Both the position numbers and the translations under genes were made by a program. A DNA stretch of 64,000 nt from Vicugna vicugna (Eukaryota), in assembly GCA_013265495.1 (NCBI GenBank), contig MU060071.1:1-64000 (forward strand), given 5' to 3'. The notes under the pieces are model-generated. The model saw only the letters and a program-made list of their open reading frames with translations. It did not search any database and was not told where the DNA came from. The first letter of the stretch is position 1. Each line of letters begins with the position of its first letter. Shown piece by piece: positions 1 through 11,556 of this stretch.

Positions 1-3000
1 AACCCTAACCCGCCCTTCGCGCCCCGCCTCACCCGGCAGCGTGCGCACTCGCAGGTGCTGTGGCCTCAAAAGCCGCACGTTGGACTCCGGCATCAGCTCC
101 ACGTTGTATTCCGTGTCGGGGTCGAGGCCGGCCCAGGCCCAGCCCGTCGCGTTCCCTGGCAGCTGCTGGCGGCGCACGGCCCCCGACTTGGCGCTGGGCA
201 TCAGCTCCAACACGTAGTAGCCCGAGTCCGGGGTCAGTAGGGGCGGCCAGGCCAGACGGAAGCCGCTAGACGTGACCTCAGAGGCACGGAGCTGCTGCGG
301 CCACATCGCGTCTGCGGGTGGTGCAGAGGGTCAGAGAAAGGAGACCGCCTTCTCTCCAGGGGAAAATGCCCAGATGAGGAGGGCAGGAGCCCTGAGGAGC
401 CAGCCCAGCCTTGGCCACGCCCACCAGATGCGAAGGCTGCGCAAAACTGTGCTGGTGCTGGAGGCAGGACACCAGCACAGCCAGCACCCCCTCACCCTCC
501 TCCAGGCACCATCAGGAGCTTCCCTGCCTGCCTCAGCTCCAAACCCAGACCAGTGGGGACCGTTAGCATCCACCTCCCACCCAGTCCAGTGGCCTGGACA
601 AGGGCCCCTCAAAGGTGGCAAGATCCAAAGTGATGTCTGAGAACAGAGGACCAGCCCCCCGCCCAGCCAGCACAGGGTCTGGGGTCAGCTCAGCTCTGGA
701 TGGTCAAGGTAAAGGGACCCAGCATACAGCCAGGACTGGAGAGTGCCCTGCAGGACAGCAGAGATGTGACAACCCAAGGTGCTGCACGCCTCCAGTCCCC
801 AAGAGAGTGTGGAGGGGAACTGCACAGTGGGCCCCCCAAATCTGTTACTACTTCTGAGATCGGATGCCAAGCAGCTCATGGCCATCTGGGTGACTGAGCT
901 GGTAGGTATGGCTGAGAAACGTCCGGGCAGGGCGAGGACCCACAGGACTGGTGCTGCTTTCTGTGATGCTGTGTGTACGGCCGCCAACCTGACACTCAAC
1001 TTGCTCATCCCCACATTCAGGCCCCGCCCCCAATCCCAGCAGCCCCCACCCGGCTGAGGCAGCCTCTTGCCCTTTCTCCTGTTTTCTGCTCCAGGCTCAG
1101 CCAGTTGTTGACCCAGGGGCCACCAGGGGCTGGGTGTCCTGGGGTAAATCTTTGGAAGGACCCTCCACCCCCTTCCAACCCACAGTCCCTCCCCTTCCAC
1201 GTTCAGGTGGATGATTAATCCAGAGAGAGAGACAGGGAAGAACCCTGGGGTTACTTGGTACTTTTCAGGTGCTACAGTAAACCTAGCCAGTGACCAGGCC
1301 CTTCATCTCCAGCCCCTCCTCCTGTGGGGTTTAGCTGGGTCAGGGTGGAGCTACTGGCCCCTGCAGGAGGCCCTCCCCAGTCTGGTCTGGCCTCCTTTCC
1401 AGCAGTCACTACACCCCTTATAGTGCAATCCACTCAAACCTCTCGGTGACGGTCCTCACAGGGTGGGGGGCGGGGAGTGGTGCCCCAGCTCTTGGCCCTT
1501 CCTGAGCTGGCTCTCCTCCTCCAACACACATACAGGACTGCAAGCTCCATCTGCAGATTCCTCAGGCTTGGAACCTCCTTCCTCTTCCTCTCCTCTTAGG
1601 CACATCCCACCAGATGCAGCCCCTCAGCCCTTGGGCTCACACCAAGTCCCTCATTCATGGGGCCTCCAGCAGACAGCCCCACCTGGAGGTGTATAGACAG
1701 ACCTGACCTCTGTCCCACCACAACCCAGGTAGGGGGCAACCGGGGTGAACAGTTGAGCATGTCCCTGGAGAAGCCATGTGTGTCACCTGGTCCCTGAACC
1801 TCCAGGGAGCACACTGCCCCTGCAGCCCTGGCCTCTGCTCCAGACATGCACATTCCTCCTGAAGTCTGACTCAGCTCTCTTCCCAAGCTCCCAACTAGGG
1901 TTCCCCCAGGCCCTGCCTCCTCCCACCTACCAAGAACGGAGCCCCTGAGCTCCTGGGTGATCATGTGCAGGTCGTCCACATCCACAAAGTGCAGGTGCTT
2001 CTCCGCGGGGGGCGAGGCCGCGGCCGACAACTCCAGGAGGTTGCCGCGGCCAGTGCTGACAATGAAGACAGTGACGCCCAGGTCCTTCAGCTCCTGCATA
2101 GGGGGCCCCACGAGGTCGCTGGAGCCGCCGTCTGTCACCCACACCAGCACCTTGGGCACTCCCGGCCGGGCCCCCGCCTCCTCGGCAAACAGCTGCTCCT
2201 TGGCGTATGCCAGCGCCAGGCCAGTGTTGGTGTCACCCATGCGCTGGGCTGCAGCACGAATGGCATCCTGGACAGTCGAGCCTGAGCTGTGCTGGCCGAA
2301 GGGGAACTCGGTGTGTGGCTGGCTGCCCACGTGCACCAGGCTGGCATGCAGGGCCCCAGGGCCCAGGGGCAACAGGGCCGCCAGCTGCCCCAAAAACTCC
2401 CGAACTCGGGAAAACTCATAATGAGACACGCTGGCCGAGCTGTCCAACAGAAACAGCAGGTCCCCCTGGGGGACAGATGCCGGGAGGCCTGGGGGAGAGG
2501 GGAGGGTTCAGCCCCAGGTGGTGGCCGCCTGACAGCCCCACACCCAGGGCAGAACCCCCAGCACCTGAGATTTCCCTAAGCCAGCACTTGCCCTTACACA
2601 AGGAATCCCTGAGAGCCTTCTCAGTCACACACCCAGAGGTCCTGGGGTAGCACCCCAGCGGGGAGAGGGGTTCTAAGCCAACAGGAGGTCCACAGTTTCA
2701 GCGGGTCCAGCTCTGTACCCTGGCCACAGACCTGGACACTTCTGGGCTCATGTCACTTCTCCTGCAAAGGAGAGCTGACCCCTCCAAGCCCCCACACTTC
2801 AGCAGACTCTGAGTGCAGGCTGGAGCCCAGGGTCCTGGCCCAGCCCTCAGGAGTGGTGGGTGGATGGGTCTGGGCCACCAGGGCTGCTCCCTCAGGCTTG
2901 GCTTCCAGAGAAGCAGCCTCCAGGCTGGAGCTCAGCCTCCAGGTAAGGCCACCCATGAGGAGTCAGGCTGGAGGGGCACAAAACAGCTGAGGAGACTGGG

Positions 3001-3653
3001 TACGGAGCTGGAGGGATTGGGAAGACACAGCATTGATTGCAACCCCTCCCACAGACCAGACGGCCGGGTTGGAGTCGTGACCCCACTCACAGATGATGTC
3101 ACCCCTCCCGTGGCCCCCATCCTCTGCTCTGTCTGGACCCAGGAAGCAGGTTACCTGCTGCAGCAGCCTCAGGGCCTGATCGGCCCCTCCCAGGCCTCTC
3201 TCTCCCTTCCTGTCGGCATCTTGGGGGCGGGGCGGGGCAGATGGGTCCCTCCACCAATGTGCCTCGAACAGACAGTGGTCTGGGCTTTGGAGCTTCGGGG
3301 CCTCAGTTTCCCCCAACCCAGTAGGTCGCCGCCAATCTTCTTACCATCCCTCTACCATTCCATGCAGAGGGAAACTGAGGTAGGGACAGCCTCCCCGGCA
3401 CACACCTCCCCCTCCCGGTCCAAGCCCCCAAATCCCGCGGAGATGCCGGCGGGGTCCGCGCGCCGCAAGTGGGTGGGGTGCCCTGACAGCCACCCCGGCC
3501 CCGGAGCCGCGAGAGGAGAGCGTGGCTCCGTGCGGAGGGTGGTGGGGCGCAGGAGCCGAGCCCGACCGGGCCCCCGCCGCACTCACCACGCTCCGCGCCG
3601 CTCCGCGGCAGCCGCAGGCTCAGGGCCAGGCCGAGAACCGTCCAGGGCAGCAT
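1..3653 (-). CDS. VWA1: von Willebrand factor A domain-containing protein 1 (WARP), 3' end outside the window. CDS exons 3653-3587, 2488-1931, 311-33 (or read-through to the edge)
   Basis: Signal peptide MLPWTVLGLALSLRLPRSGAER|G, VWA domain (DLLFLLDSSASVSHYEFSRVREF...VLVWVTDGGSSD...ELRGSVL|D), then an FN3 repeat (AMWPQQLRASEVTSSGFRLAWPP...RVRTLP). Junctions are GT-AG and phase-consistent. Confidence 0.96.
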
Positions 3654-3900
3654 CTTGCGCGACGGGACGGGCGCGCTCTGCCTCGGCTCGCCGCTGGCTC
3701 GCTCCTGGGCGGCGGGGCGCGCGGCTGCGCGGGCGGGTCCTGGGCCCCGCCCCCAGGAGGCCCCGCCCACCGAGGCCCCGCCCCGGCGCGCGCGCTGCCC
3801 CGCGGGCCGAGGAGCCCAGGCTCCGGGGAGGGGCGCGCACGCAGGGCCCAGATGCGCAGCGACGTGCAGAGGTCCCTGGGCTGCCGCCGAGGCACACACT
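3400..3900 (-). promoter_or_regulatory. CpG island / VWA1 promoter and first exon
   Basis: Very high GC and CpG density with several GC boxes around the VWA1 ATG (3653). Boundaries approximate. Confidence 0.75.
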
Positions 3901-6900
3901 TGTGACATGCACGCCCGCAGATATACAGTGTCCCCTTCTGGCTGTAAGGTCATGGGTCCTCCCTCCCCGCTGCCCCCAGCGAGGAGCCGATCAGGGAGCC
4001 GCCTGAGCTGCGTCTTCCCCAGACACACTGCCCTCGCCTCTGCGGTGCTGGAAGTGCCTGAAGCCAGGCCCAAAAGAGCCCCATAGGGGTATGAGAGTGT
4101 GTGGGTGACACCAAAAACAGCGTACCCCCAACACGGCCCAGGCCTTGGCCACGGGGCTGGGGGAGGAGCAGGTGTCTGGGGCTGGGACATGTGTCCTCCA
4201 AGGAATGGTCTATAGAGATCAGAAGGGCTGAACTTAGAAGGGATGCAGCGCGTTGGGTGGGGAAAGAAGCCTGCGACATTCAAGGGGAAGCTCCTTGCGG
4301 GACACAAAGCCTCCACCCCACCTGGCTTCTCAGAGGAAGGGGAATAAGGGCTGAGGATGGTTGGTTCAGGCCCTGTCCAGTGTGACCATGCTGGGCCTGT
4401 AGCTGTTCCCACATCCTGCCCAATGAGGGGCCCAGACTCCAAGACTGAGGACAGACCCCCAGCAGCCCACTGGAGCAGCCCTCTGGAGGGACTGCCTGGT
4501 GGGCCAGGTGGCTTGCATCCTGGGATCTTTGCTAGACCAGACTAGATAGAGGTGGCTGGCTGCCAGGGACACCCTGAGGGACACTCAGCCCCCAGGGCAA
4601 ATTCCTTGCCCTTAGGGAGGCAGTTCAGCATCCCTGGGCAGGAATTGAGGTCCAGGAGAGCCTTGCCCCCCTCACTCCTAAGATTCCTTCTGGTGGGGTA
4701 ACCACTGCCCTCTCCCAACCACTCCTTTCTGCTTAGCTGGGGAGGGGCACAGTTCCCGCAGGGTGAGGCAGCAGAGCCATCTCTGCCAGGATGTCCCCTC
4801 CCTTTCCCCCTCCCCAGGAGGACGGATGGGACTCAATGGTTTTCCTTCCTCCCTTTCTGGCAGGTGAGACGCCGGGCTTTGAGACAGGCTGACTTTGCCT
4901 AAAAAAGGAAGCGGCTCAGCTGAGCCTGAGGAGCTGGGGCAGGAACAAGCGAGAACTGTGTCCCCGCCGCCCCCACCCCCTTGCCGGGAATCTTGGCAGT
5001 GGCAGTGCTGGCTCAGCTCCACAGACCTCAGGCCTTGGCTGGGACCAGAAGCTGCCTGGTGCTTCCGCCTGGTCGCTGAGGGGGCAGCAATGGGCTTGAA
5101 CCCCCAAAGTTCAGGGTGTACTGCCCTGGGGACCTTGCTCGCCTGGCCCTCAGCCCTCCAGCACACATGGCTGACCAGGGCTGCTGCGGGGAGGGACTGT
5201 GAGCTGAGCAGAGGCCATGATGCTGCAGCACCAGCAGCATCTTGAGACCTGGGGGCCCGGCGGGGAGCCCACCCAGGTAGATACGTGCCAGCACGTCTTG
5301 GCTCATCCTCCATCTCGCTGGGCACCCACCTGCCCCAGGCAGGGAGCCGGGCCATGCTGCGTCTGCCCTGTGGCATCCCCAGTCCTGTCCAGAGGGTGAG
5401 CCCACAGTCACACCTCAGCTTTGCTGCGGGGTTGACGGGGACGTTTCCGTCCCTTCTGGAAAAATTGAGCTGCTCTTCTTGGCCATGATGCAAGCCCTCG
5501 AGGAAGCAGCCATCCTCCTTCCTCCAGCCTCTCCATCCGAGGGACAAAGGATGGGAGGCCCAGCCTTGGCTGACAGTTCCTCCTCACCTCTGCCCAGGAT
5601 CACTCCCAGCACTCACACTGAACTCTGGCCTGACCCCTGGGAGACCACCCCAGCCCCATCTGCTCAGCACTGCTCTCCCAGTCCCCCACACTACTCCTGT
5701 CTCCAGGATCAGCCCCTGAGGGAGACACGGGCCGATGGAGGGTCCCCAGGGAAGATGGGGGTCAGCGAGGGATGGAGTGGTCAGGGCTAGGGCTGGGCTT
5801 GAGGCAGACGCCAGAGGAAGTACAAATATAATGGCCCGGAAACCTCCTCTCTGAAGGAAGACAGGCCTGGGGGCGGCAGGGAGCAGAGAAGGACTGGGCA
5901 GCCAGGGCACAGCGTGCTCTGGGCCCAGCCCTCCACCTCCCCTGGGCCCAGAGTCTGCCTGGGCCTGGTGTCTGTGGGACCAGGAGGAAGGAGCAGCCTG
6001 TGTGCCAGAGGTGGCCCACCCCCGCCCCTGTGGCCTGGGCCCTAAGCATCACTTCCTGGAGCTGGCCCACGCTGTCTGTTGGTCTGCAGGCAGGTGGACA
6101 GGGTTCCACGAAACCCAGGGAGATGGCTCTCCAAGGCACTGCCCCTGCCCACCGCTGGTCCGCGGGAACGCGCCCTCCTCCGCTCCACCCAGGCCTCTGC
6201 AGAGAAGAAAGGCCTTTTGTCCCCAGCTTGCTATGGTCATGTTGACCCCAGGGAAAAGGCCAGCTCCCCAGGCCTCCGACCCCACCCGTGACCCCGGCTG
6301 AGGTCACTCTGCTAGGCCTGAGGGGGCAGAGCAGCCTGGCCCCTCCCTACCCCCTGGGGGTGCCTGTACTGTGGTTCTTGTCAATTGTATCTCCCCCACC
6401 ACCCATATACATGCCAGGGGACACAGAGGCTGGAAGTCAGAGGTGTGGGCGAGCCCAAGGACCCTGACCCAGCCCCACAACAGTAAGCGGGGCAGAAGAA
6501 AGGGGTGGCCAAGAGCAGCAGGGCTCAGAGGCCCCTGCCACCACCCACCCAGCTGCCCCACCCACGCATTCTTCTAGACTCAACCTGCCCGTTTGTGGTC
6601 AGGGACGTGCCAGGGCCAGAGGGCCAGTCCTAGGAGTCTGGAGGGCGCATTGTCCCATCCTCTTTGGCCCCAGAGCTGATCCCCACCCAGTCCTTCTGCT
6701 GGCAACAGCCAGGGCGGCAGGAAAGATGGCCAAGGGGGTGGGTGGCCTAACCCGTCTGCATTCTGCCGTCATCTCCATGCTGGGCCAGCCACATGACAGA
6801 TTCTGCACTGGGGACATGCGGAGCTGGAAGGGGGAAGGGCAGTGGTGAGTTTGCAGAGAGGACTGGCTATTTATTTTTCCCCAGGGGGGTGGGGCATGTC

Positions 6901-7559
6901 AGACCAGGTGGGCAGAAGCTACAGGAAGTCCCAGGGTCCTTGGGTGGGGGCCTGCCAGTGTGTGAGGGCTGTAAGGAAGCCTGGGAGGCAGAAAGGGCAG
7001 GGGCAGGCTTCACAGAGGAGGCAAGGGCTCATGGCCTGCGCAGGGGCAGGGTGGGGCAGAAGCCAGGCCTTGAAGAAGATACGGGGCCATCCGCATCAGA
7101 GGCAGAGCCCAATGGGCAGGGCTGGGAGGCAGAAAGGAAGGCAGAAGTTCAGTTGCTCCTGGGTTTTCAACCCATGCAGGGAACTGAACGGTGATGCCCT
7201 TCCTGAGGTAAGACCCCTCCCTAGTCTTGGCTCCCTGTGCTGGAACCTTCTGTAACAGGGAGATGACCACCATGCCCTGCCCCAGCACCAGGCAGGGTCC
7301 AGGCAGGCTTGCACAGGAAAGAGAAAGCAGGGAGCGACAGATCTATGTCAACATCTTGGTAGGGGGCTCCCCGGAGGTAGGGGGCAGGCCAAGGAGCAGG
7401 GCAAGGGGCCTCAGGTCTCAGGGCCAGCACCAGGCTCTGCCTGTTCCTCCCCAGTGCACCCACCACAGCTGTTTCTGCCCAGCACCCCTGGCCTGGCTCC
7501 CATGCCTGGGTGGGGGCAGGGCTCACGCCTGGAACGCCGGATGTGGGGACAGAACTCTC

Positions 7560-7640
7560 CGGGTCCCTCCTAGCTGTGCAACACTGAAGGTGTGTCTGCA
7601 GACACCTGAGCTGCCAGGAAATATTTTGTGAATGAATAAA
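7560..7640 (+). mobile_element. Probable L2 LINE 3' tail fragment
   Basis: Ends in aggaaatattttgtgaatgaataaat, resembling the L2 terminal (tgaa)n motif; recognised from memory. Confidence 0.35.
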
Positions 7641-8859
7641 TGGCCTTGGGCAGATCCAGGAACCTGGCAGAGCCCAGATTCCACACCTGTGGGGTCTGGA
7701 CAGTGCCCCACCAGGGGTGTGAGGACCAGTGATAGAGGGGATGCACACGCTCACACATAGGAGCATGTAACTCCCCGCCACATGCACGTGCACACATGTG
7801 CACCGCAGAGGCCCCCCACAGCCAGGAACTCTTACAGGGCCAGGGCCTGGGCACCTGGGAGAAGAGACTTTGTTGCCCAAAGTGGAGGTTTCCGCCACCC
7901 AGTAGCTTGGGGCCTCTGCCCTCGACTTTCCCAACTTTCCTGACAGCTGGTCTCCTAAAAGCAGACCCTGAGGCTCTTCTGTAAACTTTCCACAGCCCCC
8001 ATGGGTGTTTGTTTTGTGAGTGGGTGGGTCAGAGCTGGGGGTGAGGCAGGTTGTCCTGGGGGCCAGCTGGAGGCCATGTAGGGCTTGGCAGGCCTGAGAA
8101 GCTGGGACACACGGTGGCCTCCCCACCCCCCACCCCCAGCCCAGCTGTTGTTTTGATGACTCCGGGGCCAGGCAGATCCTCAGGAGAGTCCTCGTCCTCA
8201 ATGCCTGGCCAGAGCCCGTCCAACCCTAGGCAGGAGGGGAAGGAAGGCGGCCTCGGACTAGGGGAAGCTCTCCCTGGGCGCCAGGCAGCCAGCCAGGCTC
8301 CTGACCGACTGGGCACAGACAACTGGAAAGCCCCAAGGACTCCTGCTGGACCTGAGCCAGCCCCGAGCTAGGCGCTGCCCAAGCCACGAGGGAGCCCTGA
8401 GCCCTGACCTTTGGGCGTGTCTGGGCCCTGACCTATGGCTCACAGGTGGAACCTGGCTGGCAGTGCGGTGTACTAGGTCCTTTACAAGGCCTTTCAGCTA
8501 TTCCTAGATTTGGGACAAATTACAACAAACACATTTTTGATGCACTGTTGGGCTTAAAAGGAAGTAAATATCTCCAAGGCTCCCCAAAATGAAACACCAA
8601 AAATAAGTGCATAAATAAACAAATGGAATAGTGAACAGAAACCCGGGATGATGAAGGAAAACAAGTGGGAAAGCAGAGACTTCCCTGAACACAGCACGGA
8701 GAGCCACACTGCATCAGGACAAGTGTGGACTTCCTTCCCTGCGGGCTACAGACCAGGACCCGAACAGGGGCCCAGGACGGTCACGCCTCACAAGGGCACC
8801 CTCTCTGGAGGGACCAGGTCTCAGAACGTTCACAGGTGTGGGCTGACACTTAACAATTG

Positions 8860-9490
8860 CAAACATTCAGAGAAACAACGTGCTATGACTGAGAGGCAGC
8901 AGAAATGACAAACAACAGAGTTAGAGCCCCAAAGAAAGGGACTGGAATTGTTAGGTACACACTATAAAATAACCATGTGTGAAATGTTCCAGGAGTCAAA
9001 GCTGGAACCCAAAACTGAGCACGCACCAAGAGACCGCCAAAATGAGCAGACGGGAATAAGAAGCGGTTGTAACCTTCAGGTATGACGATACGATAATTTA
9101 AAGTTAGAGGATGCATTAATCAGCAGATTCGATACAGCCAGTGATTAATGACCCGGAAGAGGGACCTGAGGAAATTGCCAGAATGCAGCAGAGAGACAAG
9201 GAGACAGAAAACACAAAAGAGGGATGAACTGACATGAGAGGTAAAGGGAAAACATGCAGCACTCGTGTACCAGGTGTTCCCTGAGAAAGAACAGGGAGAA
9301 TAAATGAGAGGCAGGACTGAAGCAATAATGGTGGGAGGTCTACAGAACTGATGAAAATGTGAATCTATAAAACTGGGAAACGCAGCGGACACCAAATGGA
9401 TACAGAACAACAGAGCCACAACCAGAAGCATGCTTAAATGAACAGAACGCAAAAGATGGAAAAGACCTTAAATTCTCCAGAGAGAACAGA
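8860..9490 (+). mobile_element. Ancient LINE-1 ORF1-region fragment (L1M/HAL1-like), decayed
   Basis: A-rich purine-biased block with L1 ORF1-like motifs (aatcagcagattcgatacagc, gaggaaattgccagaatgcagcagagagacaagg, ctacagaactgatgaaa); no intact ORF. Confidence 0.6.
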
Positions 9491-10047
9491 CTGGGCCCTT
9501 ACTCTAAATGCTAATTCCGTTCTCAGGCTGAGCCCTGCGCGCCTGGTTCTCTGGCCGCCGATGGAGTTTTGGAAACATCCAGCGTGGGGTCTCCCAAGCA
9601 AATCTCACCACCTCTGGAACTCGCTGGAGGCCCACTGACTGACCAGACAGGGGACTTTCAGAGGCTGTCCTCGGGGAGGGCACAGGAGCCCAGGGCAGCC
9701 ACAGTGGCAGAAGCCGGGAAGGCCGCCTTTCCCAGAGCCTGGCCATGCGCCCGTCTCTGAAAACCATCTCCCTCCTCCCTTGGGGGTCCCAGTCTCCGCA
9801 GCTACGGAAACAGCAGGAGCGGAGAGAGGCTGGGGAAGAGCCGACCCGGTCCGGGGGAGGCCGGTGCCACCTCGCGGCCACTCGGAGCACTGCGCACGGA
9901 GCTGCGTGGGGCCCTGCGATTTCCCACGTTGGGACCTGGACGCAGACCCTGAGTCGCCAGCCTGGAGCCACCTTATGGGGGACACGGGGGGAATTCAGGG
10001 GCCTCTGGGATTTGAGGTCTTGGGGTCCTTTGGAGAGGATTCTGGGG

Positions 10048-11556
10048 TCACACCCAGGCGCAGAGCTGCTCCTCCCCGTCAGGGTGGCGTCGCGCGCGCC
10101 CATCGTCTCTGGACACCAGGTGGCGGCGGGGTCCGGGACTGCAAGTCGGGGGCGGCAGCAGCGAGCGGAGGCGTCGGGCCAGGCGGGCGCGGGCGGCCGA
10201 GGCGAGAACCAGAAGCGGAGGAAGCGAGAGGAAGCCCGACACGATGAGCGCCGCAGAGCCGCGATCCGAGAGCAGCGCGCGGCACGCAGGGCGAGGCTCG
10301 GGGTGGACCTGAGGGTGGGGCGGGCGGTCAGGCGTGGCTGTGGGGCCTCAGTTCCGGGACCGGGCCTGGCGGGGCTGGGGCGGGGCAGATGGACTGGGGT
10401 GGGGCCTGGAGGCCGTGCCTGGGAGCAGGTGGACTGGTGGAGCGTTAAGCCCCGATTCCAGCGGGGGCGCTGGGGTGGGGGGCAGGAGGACGAGGGAGGG
10501 GCCGGGGGAGAGCGCGGGGACTGAGTTCTGGCGGAGTCCGGTGGCTGGGACTCGCGGTGGGCCAGGCATTTCTGAGCAGAGGATGGGAGGCGAGGGACCC
10601 AGGGGTAAATGGCCCAGTAGGAGTCCCTTGAGGGGAGCCTCAGAGGGTAGCTCTCCGGTTCCCGACCTCCGCCTTCCTCCCCTCTCTGTCTCCCAAAGGT
10701 CTTTCCTATGTTGGCATCTGACCTTGAGGCCCTCCGGTAGGTGCCACCAGCAGGGGACACCTTTTCTTCTGTGGCCCTGGTTTCAGCCCCACTTTCCTGA
10801 CATGCCTAAAAAAAGAGGAACACAGGGCCCCCCTCTGCCTGGACTCTCCTGACTCCAGACCAAGCTGCAGCCCCTTCCATAAGTGGGGACACCCATCCCA
10901 GGGTAACGGGTAATAGAAGGTAAGGAGGGGCTGTGGACTGGTTAAATTTGGTGATATTTTAATATTCTCTTCCTGGAATCCTCCTCCTCTTCCCACTCTG
11001 CACAGCTGTCCAGGCCCTGGTGGCCCCTGGTACAGAGCTGGGAGGCCTCGGGGGAGGGGAGAGAGCTGTCACCCTTGGGTGACAAACAAAAGCCCTTCTT
11101 TTGCTACAGCTGGTCGGGTGGGGGGTACTTGGCAGAAGAGGCTCTTCAGGGAGGGGCACGTGTGCCTCTGGGGACAGATTCACCTTCAGCCCCAAGACCC
11201 CAGACTTCCACAGGAACCCCCACTCCCCAAAGACTCCAGCCAGTCCCCCCGCCTCCACGCCCACAGAGGGCTCAGCTCACCCTCGAGTGGCACAGGAATC
11301 CCAGGAAGACGATGGCTGCTGCTGGCAGCAGCACCAGCAGGAACACGGCTGCGGGCAGCAGCAGGTGGAGCAGGAGCCCCGCCAGGGCCCGGCCAGGCAG
11401 CGACAGGGTCCCGAGGCCTTGGGCGGCCAGGCCTTCCCACCGTGGGGACCTCAGGGCCGCGGCCTGGCAGTCAGGAGGCCTTCGGGGCAGCATGAGTGCT
11501 GTGTCTGAAGTGCCTTCTCCCTCATCCTCCTCCATCTCCCTCTCCTGCCCACTCAT
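10048..11556 (-). CDS. TMEM88B: Transmembrane protein 88B, 178 aa. CDS exons 11556-11281, 10308-10048
   Basis: MSGQEREMEEDEGEG...LLLHLLLPAAVFLLVLLPAAAIVFLGFLCHSR|VHPEPRPACRALLSDRGSAALIVSGFLSLPPLLVLASAARARLARRL...EEQLCAWV*. Two hydrophobic segments, phase-0 GT-AG intron. Confidence 0.94.

Noticed and set aside
1-11. aaccctaaccc resembling a (TAACCC)n telomeric repeat
   Set aside because: Under two units, inside VWA1; chance match at the window edge.
2813-4442. Long ORFs 2813-4006 (+, 397 aa) and 3303-4442 (-, 379 aa)
   Set aside because: Low-complexity Pro/Arg/Gly/Ala frames across the VWA1 CpG island; only the 22-codon signal-peptide exon within the minus ORF is supported.
7221-8201. 326-aa minus-strand ORF between VWA1 and TMEM88B
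   Set aside because: Non-ATG start, no recognisable domain, overlaps a repeat fragment; expected by chance at this GC content.
9504-10760. 418-aa minus-strand ORF
   Set aside because: Alternative frame over TMEM88B exon 2 and its GC-rich intron; the real frame ends CAWV* at 10048.
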